64,000 nucleotides of DNA from an uncultured Saprospiraceae bacterium (lineage in GTDB: Bacteria; Bacteroidota; Bacteroidia; Chitinophagales; Saprospiraceae): the NCBI GenBank assembly GCA_964523725.1, contig CAZGAU010000005.1:609-64608 (forward strand). Reading direction: 5' to 3'. A program made the translations under genes and the position numbers. A model generated the notes under the pieces. It was not told where the DNA came from. It was given only the letters and a program-made list of their open reading frames with translations, and searched no databases. The first letter of the stretch is position 1. Every line of letters starts with the position of its first letter. Shown in pieces: positions 1 through 9,518 of the stretch.

Positions 1-8
1 TATTAGGT

Positions 9-857
9 ATGCTCGCTTCCTGTGGCATCAATAAAACAACATCAACAAGCGAGGTAAATTCATCAAAAACAATGAGTAACAAACAAATCGTAGGCGCTTT
101 CTTAGGTGCTGTAGCCAAGCAAGATGTAGAAACCATGCGCAAATTTGCCAATGCGGATTACATTCAGCACAATCCGTTTGTTCCTACAGGACTTGAGCCT
201 TTTATCGGATTACTTCCAGTTTTAAAAGAACATGGAACCTATGCCGAAAACGTGCGACTATTTCAAGATGGCAACTATGTGTTTATGCACAACATCTGGA
301 AAAACGCCAAACCTTTTGGGGCGGATGAAATGGTAGCATTTGATATTATCCGTGTAGACAAAAACGGCAAAGTAGCCGAACATTGGGACGCGATGACCGC
401 ATTGGTAAAAGAAACTGCCAGTGGAAGGTCTCAAACCGATGGACCTGCCACCGTTGAAGACTTAGACAAAACCGAAGCGAATAAAGCATTAGCTGTTGCC
501 CTCATTGAAGATGTTTTAATGGGTAAAAACCCAAGTAAGATCACCGAATACATTAGTGCCGAAGAATATCACCAACACAACCCACAAATAAAAGATGGAT
601 TGAGTGGCATTGTAGAAGCCGTACAATACCTCACTTCACAAAACAACATGTTCAAGTACACCAAAATCCACAAGGTATTGGGTGAAGGAAATTTTGTGCT
701 TACGGTGAGTGAAGGCGAGTGGAAAGGAGGTAAACCACACGCGTTTTACGACTTATTCCGAATGAAAGCGGGTAAGATTGTAGAGCATTGGGATGTGATT
801 CAAGCCATTCCTACTACGGGATTGGCGAACAATAATGGCATGTTCGGAGGATTTTAA
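9..857 (+). CDS. SnoaL-like/NTF2-fold protein with two tandem domains (COG4922-like), possibly a lipoprotein; the 5' end may lie left of the window
   Basis: Two homologous ~130-aa halves, each ending in a ...VEHWD... motif (KVAEHWDAM and KIVEHWDVIQ). The frame is open back to nt 1, and 'LASC' at the very start looks like a lipobox, so the true start may be upstream. The alternative start is the ATG at 72. Confidence 0.65.
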   Translation: MLASCGINKTTSTSEVNSSKTMSNKQIVGAFLGAVAKQDVETMRKFANADYIQHNPFVPTGLEPFIGLLPVLKEHGTYAENVRLFQDGNYVFMHNIWKNAKPFGADEMVAFDIIRVDKNGKVAEHWDAMTALVKETASGRSQTDGPATVEDLDKTEANKALAVALIEDVLMGKNPSKITEYISAEEYHQHNPQIKDGLSGIVEAVQYLTSQNNMFKYTKIHKVLGEGNFVLTVSEGEWKGGKPHAFYDLFRMKAGKIVEHWDVIQAIPTTGLANNNGMFGGF

Positions 858-890
858 TAATAACCGTTAACACCAATAACAAGAGTAATC

Positions 891-1424
891 ATGACTGAAA
901 ATTCAATTTCTACACTCGCTCTGGTACTGTGTATGATACCAGGCATTCTTCACTCATTGGAAGTAGCTTTTCCCATGTTGGCTCGTTTGATTGTCAATTA
1001 TGTACTTCCATTGTTTGAACCGGGCTTGCCCAAGGGTAAGCATCAAATGACTGCGCATGAGCAGACGGCGATGCTGGATGCAGCCATTGCAGCTGCGCCA
1101 GAAGGGAAGAAAACAGCAGCGAAAGATTACATATTTCTCCTACTTTTTGAACAACGCCAAAATTCTCTGGCTTTATGGGCGGTTATAGCCGGCATCATTT
1201 ACGCCTGGCAGCTGCCCTTGGATGAGCGTGCTACGCTGCATTTCTTATTAATAGTGATGTCTGCATTGTTTATGCTGATCAATGCCAATCATGCGGGTAT
1301 TCCTTTTTTGGGTCACCACCCGAAAGTATCCAGAAATGGTCGAAATGTAGGTATCGTGTTTGTTCCTTTCTGGCTCGCTTCAACGGTGCTTAATTATTTA
1401 GCTTTTACTTATGCTTCTAATTAA
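891..1424 (+). CDS. hypothetical integral membrane protein
   Basis: 177-aa ORF with several hydrophobic helices and no recognisable motif. Confidence 0.5.
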   Translation: MTENSISTLALVLCMIPGILHSLEVAFPMLARLIVNYVLPLFEPGLPKGKHQMTAHEQTAMLDAAIAAAPEGKKTAAKDYIFLLLFEQRQNSLALWAVIAGIIYAWQLPLDERATLHFLLIVMSALFMLINANHAGIPFLGHHPKVSRNGRNVGIVFVPFWLASTVLNYLAFTYASN

Positions 1425-1460
1425 CCACACATTTTTAATCAATTTCAAAATAAAATAAAA

Positions 1461-2330
1461 TTGAAAAATATAATCATCACCGGAAGCAGCAACGGATTTG
1501 GCTTAAAAGCCGCTAAAGACTTTGCTGATAGAGGCTATCAAGTTTTTGCTACCATGCGTAATCCTGATGGAAAAAATGCAGCAGCAAAAGCCGAATTAGA
1601 AGCACATTCTGCCCACATCAAAGTGGTGGATATGGATGTTACCAACGATGCATCTGTAAAAGAAGCGATGGCAAGTATCCTTGCAGAAGCAGGAAATATT
1701 GACATCCTCATCAACAATGCCGGGATTATGTACCTGGGCATAACCGAAGCTTTTAGCGTGGCTCAGGCACACCAGCAGATGGAAACCAACTATTATGGCG
1801 CGATTAGAGTCATGCAAGCGGTTTTACCTTCCATGCGTAAAGCGGGTTCAGGCTTAATCATCAATACCTCTTCGTTGGTGGGTCGTATGTCGCCGCCATT
1901 TTTTGGCACCTATACCGCCACCAAACACGCCTTAGAAGGCTACGCACAAGCGTTACGCTACGAGGTGTCTCCTTTTGGAGTTGATATTGTCATAGTAGAG
2001 CCAGGTCCATTTGGCACAGGATTATTGGCATCAGGTCAAGCTCCTGCACATAATGAAATTTTACAAACTTATGGCGAATTAGCTGGGGTTCCAACCGCAA
2101 TGGGCGAAAATTTTGCTCAAATGTTACAAAGCGAAAATGCCCCCGACCCACAATGGGTAGTGGATGCGTATTTGAAATTAGCTGATTTGCCATTTGGAAG
2201 TCGTCCTACAAGAACGGTTGTCGGTATCACTTGGGGTACTGACGAAATCAATACACTAACACAACCTATTCAAGACAGAATTTTGAAAGAAATGCAACTC
2301 GACACAGTTTTGGGTGGTGTTTCTGCTTAA
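1461..2330 (+). CDS. short-chain dehydrogenase/reductase (SDR) family oxidoreductase
   Basis: N-terminal TGSSNGFG Rossmann motif, NNAG, and the YxxxK catalytic motif (YTATKHALEG). TTG start. Confidence 0.85.
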   Translation: MKNIIITGSSNGFGLKAAKDFADRGYQVFATMRNPDGKNAAAKAELEAHSAHIKVVDMDVTNDASVKEAMASILAEAGNIDILINNAGIMYLGITEAFSVAQAHQQMETNYYGAIRVMQAVLPSMRKAGSGLIINTSSLVGRMSPPFFGTYTATKHALEGYAQALRYEVSPFGVDIVIVEPGPFGTGLLASGQAPAHNEILQTYGELAGVPTAMGENFAQMLQSENAPDPQWVVDAYLKLADLPFGSRPTRTVVGITWGTDEINTLTQPIQDRILKEMQLDTVLGGVSA

Positions 2331-2359
2331 TCATTGAACGTACTTTCAATTTAATAAAG

Positions 2360-2392
2360 TCACAAGAGTTTCGGTTCTTGTGATTTTTTTTT
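2360..2392 (+). terminator. rho-independent terminator after the SDR gene
   Basis: TCACAAGA (2360-2367) pairs with TCTTGTGA (2376-2383) and is followed by a run of 9 T. Confidence 0.75.
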
Positions 2393-2517
2393 GTAAAGTA
2401 TTTTTTAGTGCCGTTTCGTCCTAAAATTGGCTACAACGGTCGGTGTATGTGGCGTAGCTGCGTTTAGCAGCTATGAACATCATAAAAGCAGCAGAATTTA
2501 ATTTACACTGCCGAAAC

Positions 2518-2590
2518 AAACGCACGGTAGTTTTTTGCAAACGCACGCTTGCTGGAAGTAAACGCACGCATTGAACTGGCGGATGCACGC
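2518..2590. repeat. four copies of AAACGCACGC-like motif at about 21-bp spacing
   Basis: AAACGCACG at 2518, AAACGCACGC at 2539 and 2560, ATGCACGC at 2583. They lie in a 325-bp gap between convergent genes. Confidence 0.6.
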
Positions 2591-2656
2591 TCCAACTTCA
2601 AACCTTTGAACTTCAAACTCCAACCTTAAACTATTAAACTTTCCAACCTCCAACTT

Positions 2657-3949
2657 TTAAACGCTTTCCCGCTCAATTGGGCAGGTCATGCAATGCGAGC
2701 CGCCCCGCGCGCGCGAAAGTTCATTGGAAGGTAAGGTAATGATCGTGTTCTCCAGCTTTTGCGGATCCAGTCTGCCTTCTTTGTAAGCCTTTAGAAAATC
2801 ATAGGCATGCAGGATGGTGTAACCCGCCGCCTGGAAAGCTTCTTCGGTTTGCACATTGCGGTCGTAAGTGATGGCTACGCCGGGCTTGATCGCCACGAGA
2901 TTGCAACCGTCTGTCCATTGCTCGCGCTCCTGGTAGGGCGATTCACCATTGCCACTGAGGATAAAACGCATGTTGGGGTTGATCTCTTCAAGCATAAAGT
3001 CCCTGATCGAATGGTAGAAGCCGGGCTTGCCCTGTTGGCGATGTACTTCCACATTGGAGGCGAGTCCGTCAATCACGATCGGCTTGAATGCCACCGTGTG
3101 ATCCTGTCTGATCTGTGTGAAAATGGTATCGATGTGCATGTAGGAGCGATCGTTGGGGATGTTGATCTGCACGACATTCTTGACCACGTTTTTTTCAAAC
3201 AATACATCGCGCAAAGAGCGGATGGCGTGCGCGGTGGTGCGTTCGCTACAGCCGATGAGCAGATAATCTTTGTTGATGATCATCATATCTCCGCCTTCGA
3301 TGGAGATCATTTCGCCGCGTTTGGAAGGCGGAAACTCTTCTACTTTGTTCATATTGATCACCCGGCCTTCCTCGCGCAGGCGTGCAAAGATAGGATGCGC
3401 CCAACAAATAAAGCGGGTGAGGAAGTTTTCGCGGAAACGCGCTTCCTTGGCGGCTTTGGTCACGACTACATGGTCGTTGACGGTTACCGCGATGTCGCGG
3501 GTGAAGATGAAATTCGGGATGGGGTCAAATAACACCCGGTCATCATCAGCGTAATAGCCGGAGATCAGGACTTCCGCGAGTTTTTCGTCATCCAGATCGA
3601 GGAGCATGTCTTCGTAACTGGTGGGTAATTCTTCGTAATCCACGATGAGATGGATCATTTCCTTGCGGCTTTCGTCGCCGGATTGGAGAGCTTCGATGAG
3701 CAATTGTCTGGTTTGCAATACATTTTCTTCCCCGATGAATGCTTTCAGGATACTGGTAAAAACGTCGTGTTCGGCCTGCATTTGCGGCAGGTAAACGATG
3801 TCGTCAAATAATAATTCTTCGGCGTCTTTCGGGGAAATACGTGAAATGCCTTCGTCCGGGCGGTGTACGATCACGCGTTTCAGCATTCCGATTTCTGAGG
3901 ATACGTGTACTTTGCTGTTGGTCATATGGTTAGGTTTATTTTGCCCCAT
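2657..3949 (-). CDS. arcA: arginine deiminase family protein (guanidino-group modifying enzyme fold)
   Basis: FIFTRD, MHIDT and the C-terminal GGSHCMTCP catalytic-Cys motif. The ~430-aa length fits ArcA-type enzymes. Confidence 0.75.
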   Translation of the reverse strand: MGQNKPNHMTNSKVHVSSEIGMLKRVIVHRPDEGISRISPKDAEELLFDDIVYLPQMQAEHDVFTSILKAFIGEENVLQTRQLLIEALQSGDESRKEMIHLIVDYEELPTSYEDMLLDLDDEKLAEVLISGYYADDDRVLFDPIPNFIFTRDIAVTVNDHVVVTKAAKEARFRENFLTRFICWAHPIFARLREEGRVINMNKVEEFPPSKRGEMISIEGGDMMIINKDYLLIGCSERTTAHAIRSLRDVLFEKNVVKNVVQINIPNDRSYMHIDTIFTQIRQDHTVAFKPIVIDGLASNVEVHRQQGKPGFYHSIRDFMLEEINPNMRFILSGNGESPYQEREQWTDGCNLVAIKPGVAITYDRNVQTEEAFQAAGYTILHAYDFLKAYKEGRLDPQKLENTIITLPSNELSRARGGSHCMTCPIERESV

Positions 3950-4027
3950 GGTTTTCTGGTTTCATGGGCTCAAAGTATTAATCATTTAAAAATGAAACAA
4001 TGCAACACGGAAGCCGTGCAACCATGT

Positions 4028-4534
4028 TTATTTATTCGTCCAAAAATAAAAATTTACTGAATTTTCCAATTCAAATCCGGTGGCCGGATATAATTGATTT
4101 CCGATGTGATTGTCTTTGGTGGTTTCCAGCAGTAGCCCCGCGGCATTGGTTTCCCTTGCCAGTTCCTTGCAGCGCTCGATCAGTTGTTTGGAAACACCCT
4201 TACCCCGGTGTTCCGGTTTGACATAAAGATCATTGAGTATCCAGAGCCGCTGCATCCGCGTGGAAGAATAGGAGGGGTATAATTGCGTAAATCCAACAAA
4301 TTCGCCGTCAGGGGTTTGGGCTAAATAAATGATGGAGTCTTTTCGGTCAAAAATACCTTTGAGAAACTTGCCAGCGCCTTCGGGATCGGAGGCTTTTTTG
4401 TAAAACACGCGATAAGCATCGAACAGGGGAACGAGTGCGTCGAGGTGTTTTGATGCTGCCTGGATGATTGTAATCATGGTTGATCGGTTGAAGGGTTGAA
4501 ATGTTGATACAGAAAACAGTTTATTTGAGACCAT
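4028..4534 (-). CDS. GNAT family N-acetyltransferase
   Basis: RGKGVSKQLIERC acetyl-CoA binding motif. The start overlaps the stop of the upstream gene (TAATG). Confidence 0.8.
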   Translation of the reverse strand: MVSNKLFSVSTFQPFNRSTMITIIQAASKHLDALVPLFDAYRVFYKKASDPEGAGKFLKGIFDRKDSIIYLAQTPDGEFVGFTQLYPSYSSTRMQRLWILNDLYVKPEHRGKGVSKQLIERCKELARETNAAGLLLETTKDNHIGNQLYPATGFELENSVNFYFWTNK

Positions 4535-5676
4535 TAATGGATCAACTTTTCAACTTCGTATATGGAATTGATCTTACCGGCAAATATGCAATAAAAACGT
4601 GGATTTTCCCGCAAAATGGAAATTTCGGTGGGGCGGCCGTCGTCGATATAATTGGCTTTCAATTTCGACTTAATAGTGAAAAGCGAAGAAAAGTATTGGA
4701 AATCAATATTTTCGGAGAAATACTGCTTCATTTGAGACAACATTTTTCGATAGCTTGATTCGGGTTGTGCCGGACAGTTGTTGCAATTGGCAGGAAAATC
4801 GGGCCGGCAGTTGGTATTGATTTGCTGACAGTTGAAAGTGGGAAGGTTATCATATGATACCTTGTGATGCGTGTAAGCCACGGAGGACAGGGACAGCAAT
4901 CCAGATAATCCGTAGGGCATCATAGAGCCAAACGGTCCGTCCATGACGGTGAGCCCGAGATTTTTAACCTGAGGTGAGGTAACAAACGCAATCTCCGAGA
5001 TTTCGTGCATGAGTTGAATATCGGAAACACCGAAGAGCCGGTTGATGGCGTTGCTGCCGGAGTAGGTAGCGTTGATGACTTGCGCAGATGCGAGATGCCA
5101 GATGTCAGATGCCTGCCGGTGGACGTCAATAATCCATTGATTTTGCTGGGTTTCAGCTGCAAATACTTCTGAAGATGTAAAAACTGTAATATTTTTTTCC
5201 CCAGATATTTTTTGCTTATAATATTCTGCGATTAAAAAAGGATCAAATGAATATTCTACCGTTTTGTATAATGCCTCGATCCGGTTGAAATTAAAAAGCG
5301 GATGATCGCAGATGCGCTCGCAGGGGATGTGGATGTATTCGCAGAAGCGCTCGAATTGCTGGGCATCGGTGAAAGAACCAAATTTGTCGATTGCGTAGTA
5401 TTTCTCGAAATGGAAGTTGATAAAATCCTGATGTTCAGCGGTAAAGCGGGCTTTATTGTCGTCCGACATGAGGGCGGTCGCTACGCTGCGCGGATAATGA
5501 TAGCCTCCGTGCAGCCGTGCCTGATTCACGATGGACGCTTTTTTGAATAGCTCTGCCTCTTTTTCGATGATACAAACCCGCTGTCCCCGCTTCGCCAGGT
5601 ACAGAGCCGCATACGCACCAAAAATGCCACCGCCGATCACCACCGTATCAAAATATTCTCTTTGCATTCTCTTCAC
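4534..5676 (-). CDS. FAD-dependent oxidoreductase
   Basis: N-terminal VVIGGGIFGAYAALYLAKRG...IIEKE dinucleotide-binding motif. Contains a 4-Cys segment, CQQINTNCRPDFPANCNNC. Confidence 0.8.
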   Translation of the reverse strand: MKRMQREYFDTVVIGGGIFGAYAALYLAKRGQRVCIIEKEAELFKKASIVNQARLHGGYHYPRSVATALMSDDNKARFTAEHQDFINFHFEKYYAIDKFGSFTDAQQFERFCEYIHIPCERICDHPLFNFNRIEALYKTVEYSFDPFLIAEYYKQKISGEKNITVFTSSEVFAAETQQNQWIIDVHRQASDIWHLASAQVINATYSGSNAINRLFGVSDIQLMHEISEIAFVTSPQVKNLGLTVMDGPFGSMMPYGLSGLLSLSSVAYTHHKVSYDNLPTFNCQQINTNCRPDFPANCNNCPAQPESSYRKMLSQMKQYFSENIDFQYFSSLFTIKSKLKANYIDDGRPTEISILRENPRFYCIFAGKINSIYEVEKLIH

Positions 5677-5678
5677 AT

Positions 5679-6605
5679 TCAGGCATTTGAAGTAAGCTTT
5701 TGCAAGCTTGAAAACACATCTGCGTAGTCGTAACGTTGAAGCTGCTCAAAAAATTCCACGGTGTCCGCCAATTGTTCTGATTTCGAAGGACCTATGAGAA
5801 TGCTGGCCACGTCTGGGCTGTACCAGGACAAAATCATTCCGAGATGGTTCATTTTACTCAATTTCGGGCGATCTGGCACTTGGTTAGCTTCGGTCAAAAT
5901 TTGCCGCAATGGCACTGCGATGGGATGTTCGGCGGCTACGTCTCCGCCTCGGGCTTTGAGCGAGCTGCCTGTTCTGTAATCTTCAGGATTTAATTTGATG
6001 CCGCCGGCATTAATGCCATATGTAATAAATCTTCTTTTTCCATGAAAAAATTGATATTTTTGATAATCTGATTGTAATAAATTGTGTTTAATTTGAATAA
6101 AAAAATCAAACTGGAAGGTTTTATTTAGTTGCGCATAAAGTTCCGGATGGCGAATGCCGGAGAGTCCGGTCTGCAAGTTATGGGCACGCACGATCTCAAA
6201 GGCTTCCAGCGTTTGCCGGATTTCGTTGCTATCATCGCGATTATCCCAGTGGATCATGAACATGGCGAGGTTGGAGCCATATTTAAAACGGTATTCATCC
6301 AGGTTCATCAGGATAAAGCTCTTGCTCAGGTTGTGTTCGGGGCTGCGCATGTTGTTAATGCTGCCGATTTTTACGATGACTTCCAAATCCTTGACTCCGT
6401 GAGTTTTAATCCATTCGAGTAAAATATTTTCTGCTTTGCGGAAATCTTCGGGACGTTTATTGATCGGGTAGTTGGTGGCTGTGTCTATTTGGCGAAAGCC
6501 AGATGCATAGAAATGATCCAGCAGTTCAAAACAGGTTTTTTCGGGGATTGTCCAGCCCCACATGGCGGTGCCGAGGGTTAGCATTTCATGATTTTCTTGT
6601 TTCAT
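5679..6605 (-). CDS. aldo/keto reductase
   Basis: The AKR-like N-terminus (GTAMWGW...GFRQIDTATNYP) and length are typical of the family. Confidence 0.75.
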   Translation of the reverse strand: MKQENHEMLTLGTAMWGWTIPEKTCFELLDHFYASGFRQIDTATNYPINKRPEDFRKAENILLEWIKTHGVKDLEVIVKIGSINNMRSPEHNLSKSFILMNLDEYRFKYGSNLAMFMIHWDNRDDSNEIRQTLEAFEIVRAHNLQTGLSGIRHPELYAQLNKTFQFDFFIQIKHNLLQSDYQKYQFFHGKRRFITYGINAGGIKLNPEDYRTGSSLKARGGDVAAEHPIAVPLRQILTEANQVPDRPKLSKMNHLGMILSWYSPDVASILIGPSKSEQLADTVEFFEQLQRYDYADVFSSLQKLTSNA

Positions 6606-6707
6606 GGTTTTCTTGTTTCGCTTGGTCTGTCGTAATGATGATTCTGACGATAAATTTCAGTAAGATTCCAAAATTAGGGCTAAATTTCATGATTTAAAAT
6701 CAATACC

Positions 6708-7133
6708 ATGATCGATAAAATTAAACAAACAATCAAAGAACTATCAGAAGCCGTTCAGGAACAAGCTTCTACCTTTGGCGCCGGTGCAAAAGAAAAGAGC
6801 TATGAAATCATTGAAGACTGGTTACAGATTTTCCCGAAACTGGAATTGTACAAGCTGAAAATTACGAGTTTTTCCTTGGGCGTGGCGATTAGCCCTTCGC
6901 TGGAGGTAGAGCTCGTGGGGGATCACAAGGATTTCACGCCGGAGCGTTTGCAGGAAATTCTGGCAGAAACGAAAGGCAGTACCGGGCTTCATCTGGTTTT
7001 TAATACCATCAAAACCGCGTACTCACTACATCGCCGGACTTATGCCACCTTAAGTGATCCTTTGATTGTAAAAATTAAAATCAGGATATCTCCGGAAGTG
7101 CGCGTATTCATCGGGGAGCCGCTGATTCAGTAA
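6708..7133 (+). CDS. hypothetical protein
   Basis: 141-aa ORF with no motif recognised. Confidence 0.45.
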   Translation: MIDKIKQTIKELSEAVQEQASTFGAGAKEKSYEIIEDWLQIFPKLELYKLKITSFSLGVAISPSLEVELVGDHKDFTPERLQEILAETKGSTGLHLVFNTIKTAYSLHRRTYATLSDPLIVKIKIRISPEVRVFIGEPLIQ

Positions 7134-7277
7134 ATCAATGTTTCGGGAATGTGAATATTTCCGGGTTTTTATAGGAAGGAGTTGAACCATATTGGAATAG
7201 TTCATAACTTTGACTATTTGGGTATTTACAAACCTCTTTTACATTAAAGTGTTCTAAATATTTACCAGCGTATAAAT

Positions 7278-8972
7278 ATGAACTTTCCATTACAAAATAT
7301 AGAGGCGCACCTGGACGAGACGTCGCTGCTGCTCGGCGAGCAATTGCTGGAAGAAGGGCGTGTACGGGATTTGCGAGAGCTGGAGCGGCATTTTTGGGTG
7401 GCGCAGGTACAGGAAACCGGAATTTTTGAGGTAGAAATAAAAATTACACCTTCCAAAGTAAAGGCGGCAACTTGTGAATGTAATCGGTTCCAAGAATTGG
7501 GAAAATGCGAGCATATCGCAGCGGTTTTACTTAAACTCAGACAGCAACTTACCAAGCCGGAGCCGCCGGAAGAACCCAGCAATAAAGAAATCGAGGAGGA
7601 TAGCCCGCGCCGCCTAACCACGGGCGTAGTACTGGAACAAGTAGATCATGATGAATTGGTCACTTTTGTAAAGCAATACGCCAAAACCAACCGGAATTTT
7701 GCGCTGGCCCTGAAAGCCCGTTTTGCGCCGAATGTGTCGAGTATCGATAGTCGCGAAAAATACCTTCAGCTTTTGGAAAGCACGATTAGTGCAGCTCGTC
7801 GCCCTGACCGGACGTTCACGCAACGCGGTGCGAATAGCATTTATAAAGTGTTGCTGGAAATTCAAAGCCAGATTGATGATGCGATTGCACAAGGCTATCT
7901 CGCCGAAGCGGTGGTCATGGCGCAAAGTATCATTGAAAAAATCACACCACTGTTGCGCAAAATGCAGGCCATGCAGGAAGAAATCCGGGAACAGATACGC
8001 GAGGCATTTGACGTCTTGCACCAGGTATTGGCGCTCTCTCCGCCGCCGGCGCTGAAGGAGTCGATCTGGGAATACAGCCTGCAGGAGTGCAGGAAATTGT
8101 TGTACCGAAACGCCGAAATCGACCAGTTTTTTTTCAAATTATTGATCCGGATGGCAGAAGAGTCGGTGCATGCCGAACAATTGCTGGAACTACTAGACGA
8201 ACAAATTCACCGGTATTATTTTGAAAAACGAGAATTGGCGAGACTTTTGCTGGCAAAATTGACCTTGCTTGAAAAGCTCGATAGGGTAGAAGAAGCCCAG
8301 GAATTTATCCACCGCTATATCGCCAATGATGAGGTATTGCTATTTGCTATTCGGCAATCGATGAACAAAGGCAATATCAAACGCGCCAAAAATCTGGCAA
8401 AATCCGGACTTGAAAATTCGGTTTCCAAAGAAACCAAAGCGCTGTTGGAAGAAACCCTGCTCAAGATCGCGCAATTGGAAAAAGATACAGCGGCAATTCA
8501 ACTCTACGGGGAAAAACGATTGATAGAAACTCTTGATTTTGAGTATGTCGAACTATTGAAAGAAAATACGAAAGAGCATTGGTTTGAGCTTTTTTCTGTT
8601 CTGCTGGAGCGCATCAGGGAATTACCCTTCTCGGTTGAAAAGCAACGGCTGATTGGGGCAATGTTGTACGAGGAAGGACTTTATAGCGACCTGCTGGTAT
8701 ACCTGCGTGAAACGCAGTCGCTGGATCTGGCGAGCGAATTCGCGCATTTGCTGTTGCCTTATGAACGACTAAAAGTCAGCCAGTTTTATCAGGAATTATT
8801 TGAATTGTACCTGAGTAATCACATCGGGAGGAAGCCTTCCGCGAAAATCAGGATCATCATCCGGGCGCTTTTTGAAAACAATGAAGAAGAACTGGCGGAA
8901 ACTTTAGTGGAAAACCTGCGCAATAATTTCCCGGAACGGCATACTTTAATGGAAGAGTTGGAATTGTTTTAG
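7278..8972 (+). CDS. SWIM zinc-finger domain protein with a long helical-repeat C-terminus
   Basis: CxC...CxH signature in ATCECNRFQELGKCEHIAAVLL. The rest is helical and repeat-like. Confidence 0.75.
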   Translation: MNFPLQNIEAHLDETSLLLGEQLLEEGRVRDLRELERHFWVAQVQETGIFEVEIKITPSKVKAATCECNRFQELGKCEHIAAVLLKLRQQLTKPEPPEEPSNKEIEEDSPRRLTTGVVLEQVDHDELVTFVKQYAKTNRNFALALKARFAPNVSSIDSREKYLQLLESTISAARRPDRTFTQRGANSIYKVLLEIQSQIDDAIAQGYLAEAVVMAQSIIEKITPLLRKMQAMQEEIREQIREAFDVLHQVLALSPPPALKESIWEYSLQECRKLLYRNAEIDQFFFKLLIRMAEESVHAEQLLELLDEQIHRYYFEKRELARLLLAKLTLLEKLDRVEEAQEFIHRYIANDEVLLFAIRQSMNKGNIKRAKNLAKSGLENSVSKETKALLEETLLKIAQLEKDTAAIQLYGEKRLIETLDFEYVELLKENTKEHWFELFSVLLERIRELPFSVEKQRLIGAMLYEEGLYSDLLVYLRETQSLDLASEFAHLLLPYERLKVSQFYQELFELYLSNHIGRKPSAKIRIIIRALFENNEEELAETLVENLRNNFPERHTLMEELELF

Positions 8973-8991
8973 CTACTTGAATTAAAAGTAC

Positions 8992-9465
8992 ATGAAAATC
9001 GAATTTTGGGTCATTGGAAAAACCAACGAAGCATATCTTGAAGAAGGTATTTCTATATATTTGCAGCGGCTACGGCATTATGTGCCTTTTGAAATGATAA
9101 CCTTGCCGGATGTGAAAAATGCAGGTAAACTGGAGAGTGATCAATTAAAAGCAAAAGAAGGCGAGATCGTGCTGAATCGCTTAAAAAAAGAGGATTTGCT
9201 CCTATTGCTCGATGAAAGAGGCAAATCTTATACTTCTGAAACATTCGCCAAGTTCCTGGAACAAAAGCTGCAAATGCCCGGCAAAAAGCTTGTGTTTCTG
9301 GTGGGAGGCGCTTATGGATTCTCCGATGCAGTGTATACACGTGCGGATAGTAAATTGTCGCTTTCAACTATGACTTTTTCGCACCAGATGGTACGGCTGT
9401 TTTTTGTAGAACAACTTTACCGCGCGATGACGATTTTAAGAAACGAACCATATCATAATAGCTGA
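8992..9465 (+). CDS. rlmH: 23S rRNA (pseudouridine1915-N3)-methyltransferase
   Basis: 157-aa SPOUT protein with LVFLVGGAYGFS and C-terminal TFSHQMVRL motifs. Confidence 0.9.
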   Translation: MKIEFWVIGKTNEAYLEEGISIYLQRLRHYVPFEMITLPDVKNAGKLESDQLKAKEGEIVLNRLKKEDLLLLLDERGKSYTSETFAKFLEQKLQMPGKKLVFLVGGAYGFSDAVYTRADSKLSLSTMTFSHQMVRLFFVEQLYRAMTILRNEPYHNS

Positions 9466-9518
9466 AAAGGTCTTCAATAAACGACGAAACTTCTCAGCAT
9501 TCTAAACGCAAGACAAAA

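Noticed and set aside
2807-3532. 241-aa plus-strand ORF antisense to the arginine deiminase-family gene. Similar long antisense ORFs occur at 12404-12865, 16973-17503, 19682-20242, 32730-33224, 43123-43674, 45230-45658, 47389-47874 and 56277-56699.
   Set aside because: All lie fully inside well-supported genes on the opposite strand and have low-complexity or Arg/His-rich translations with no motifs. They are typical shadow ORFs.
2657-3949. Arginine deiminase pathway (arcABC) operon?
   Set aside because: Only the deiminase-family gene is present. No ornithine carbamoyltransferase, carbamate kinase or arginine/ornithine antiporter is adjacent, so no ADI operon is claimed.
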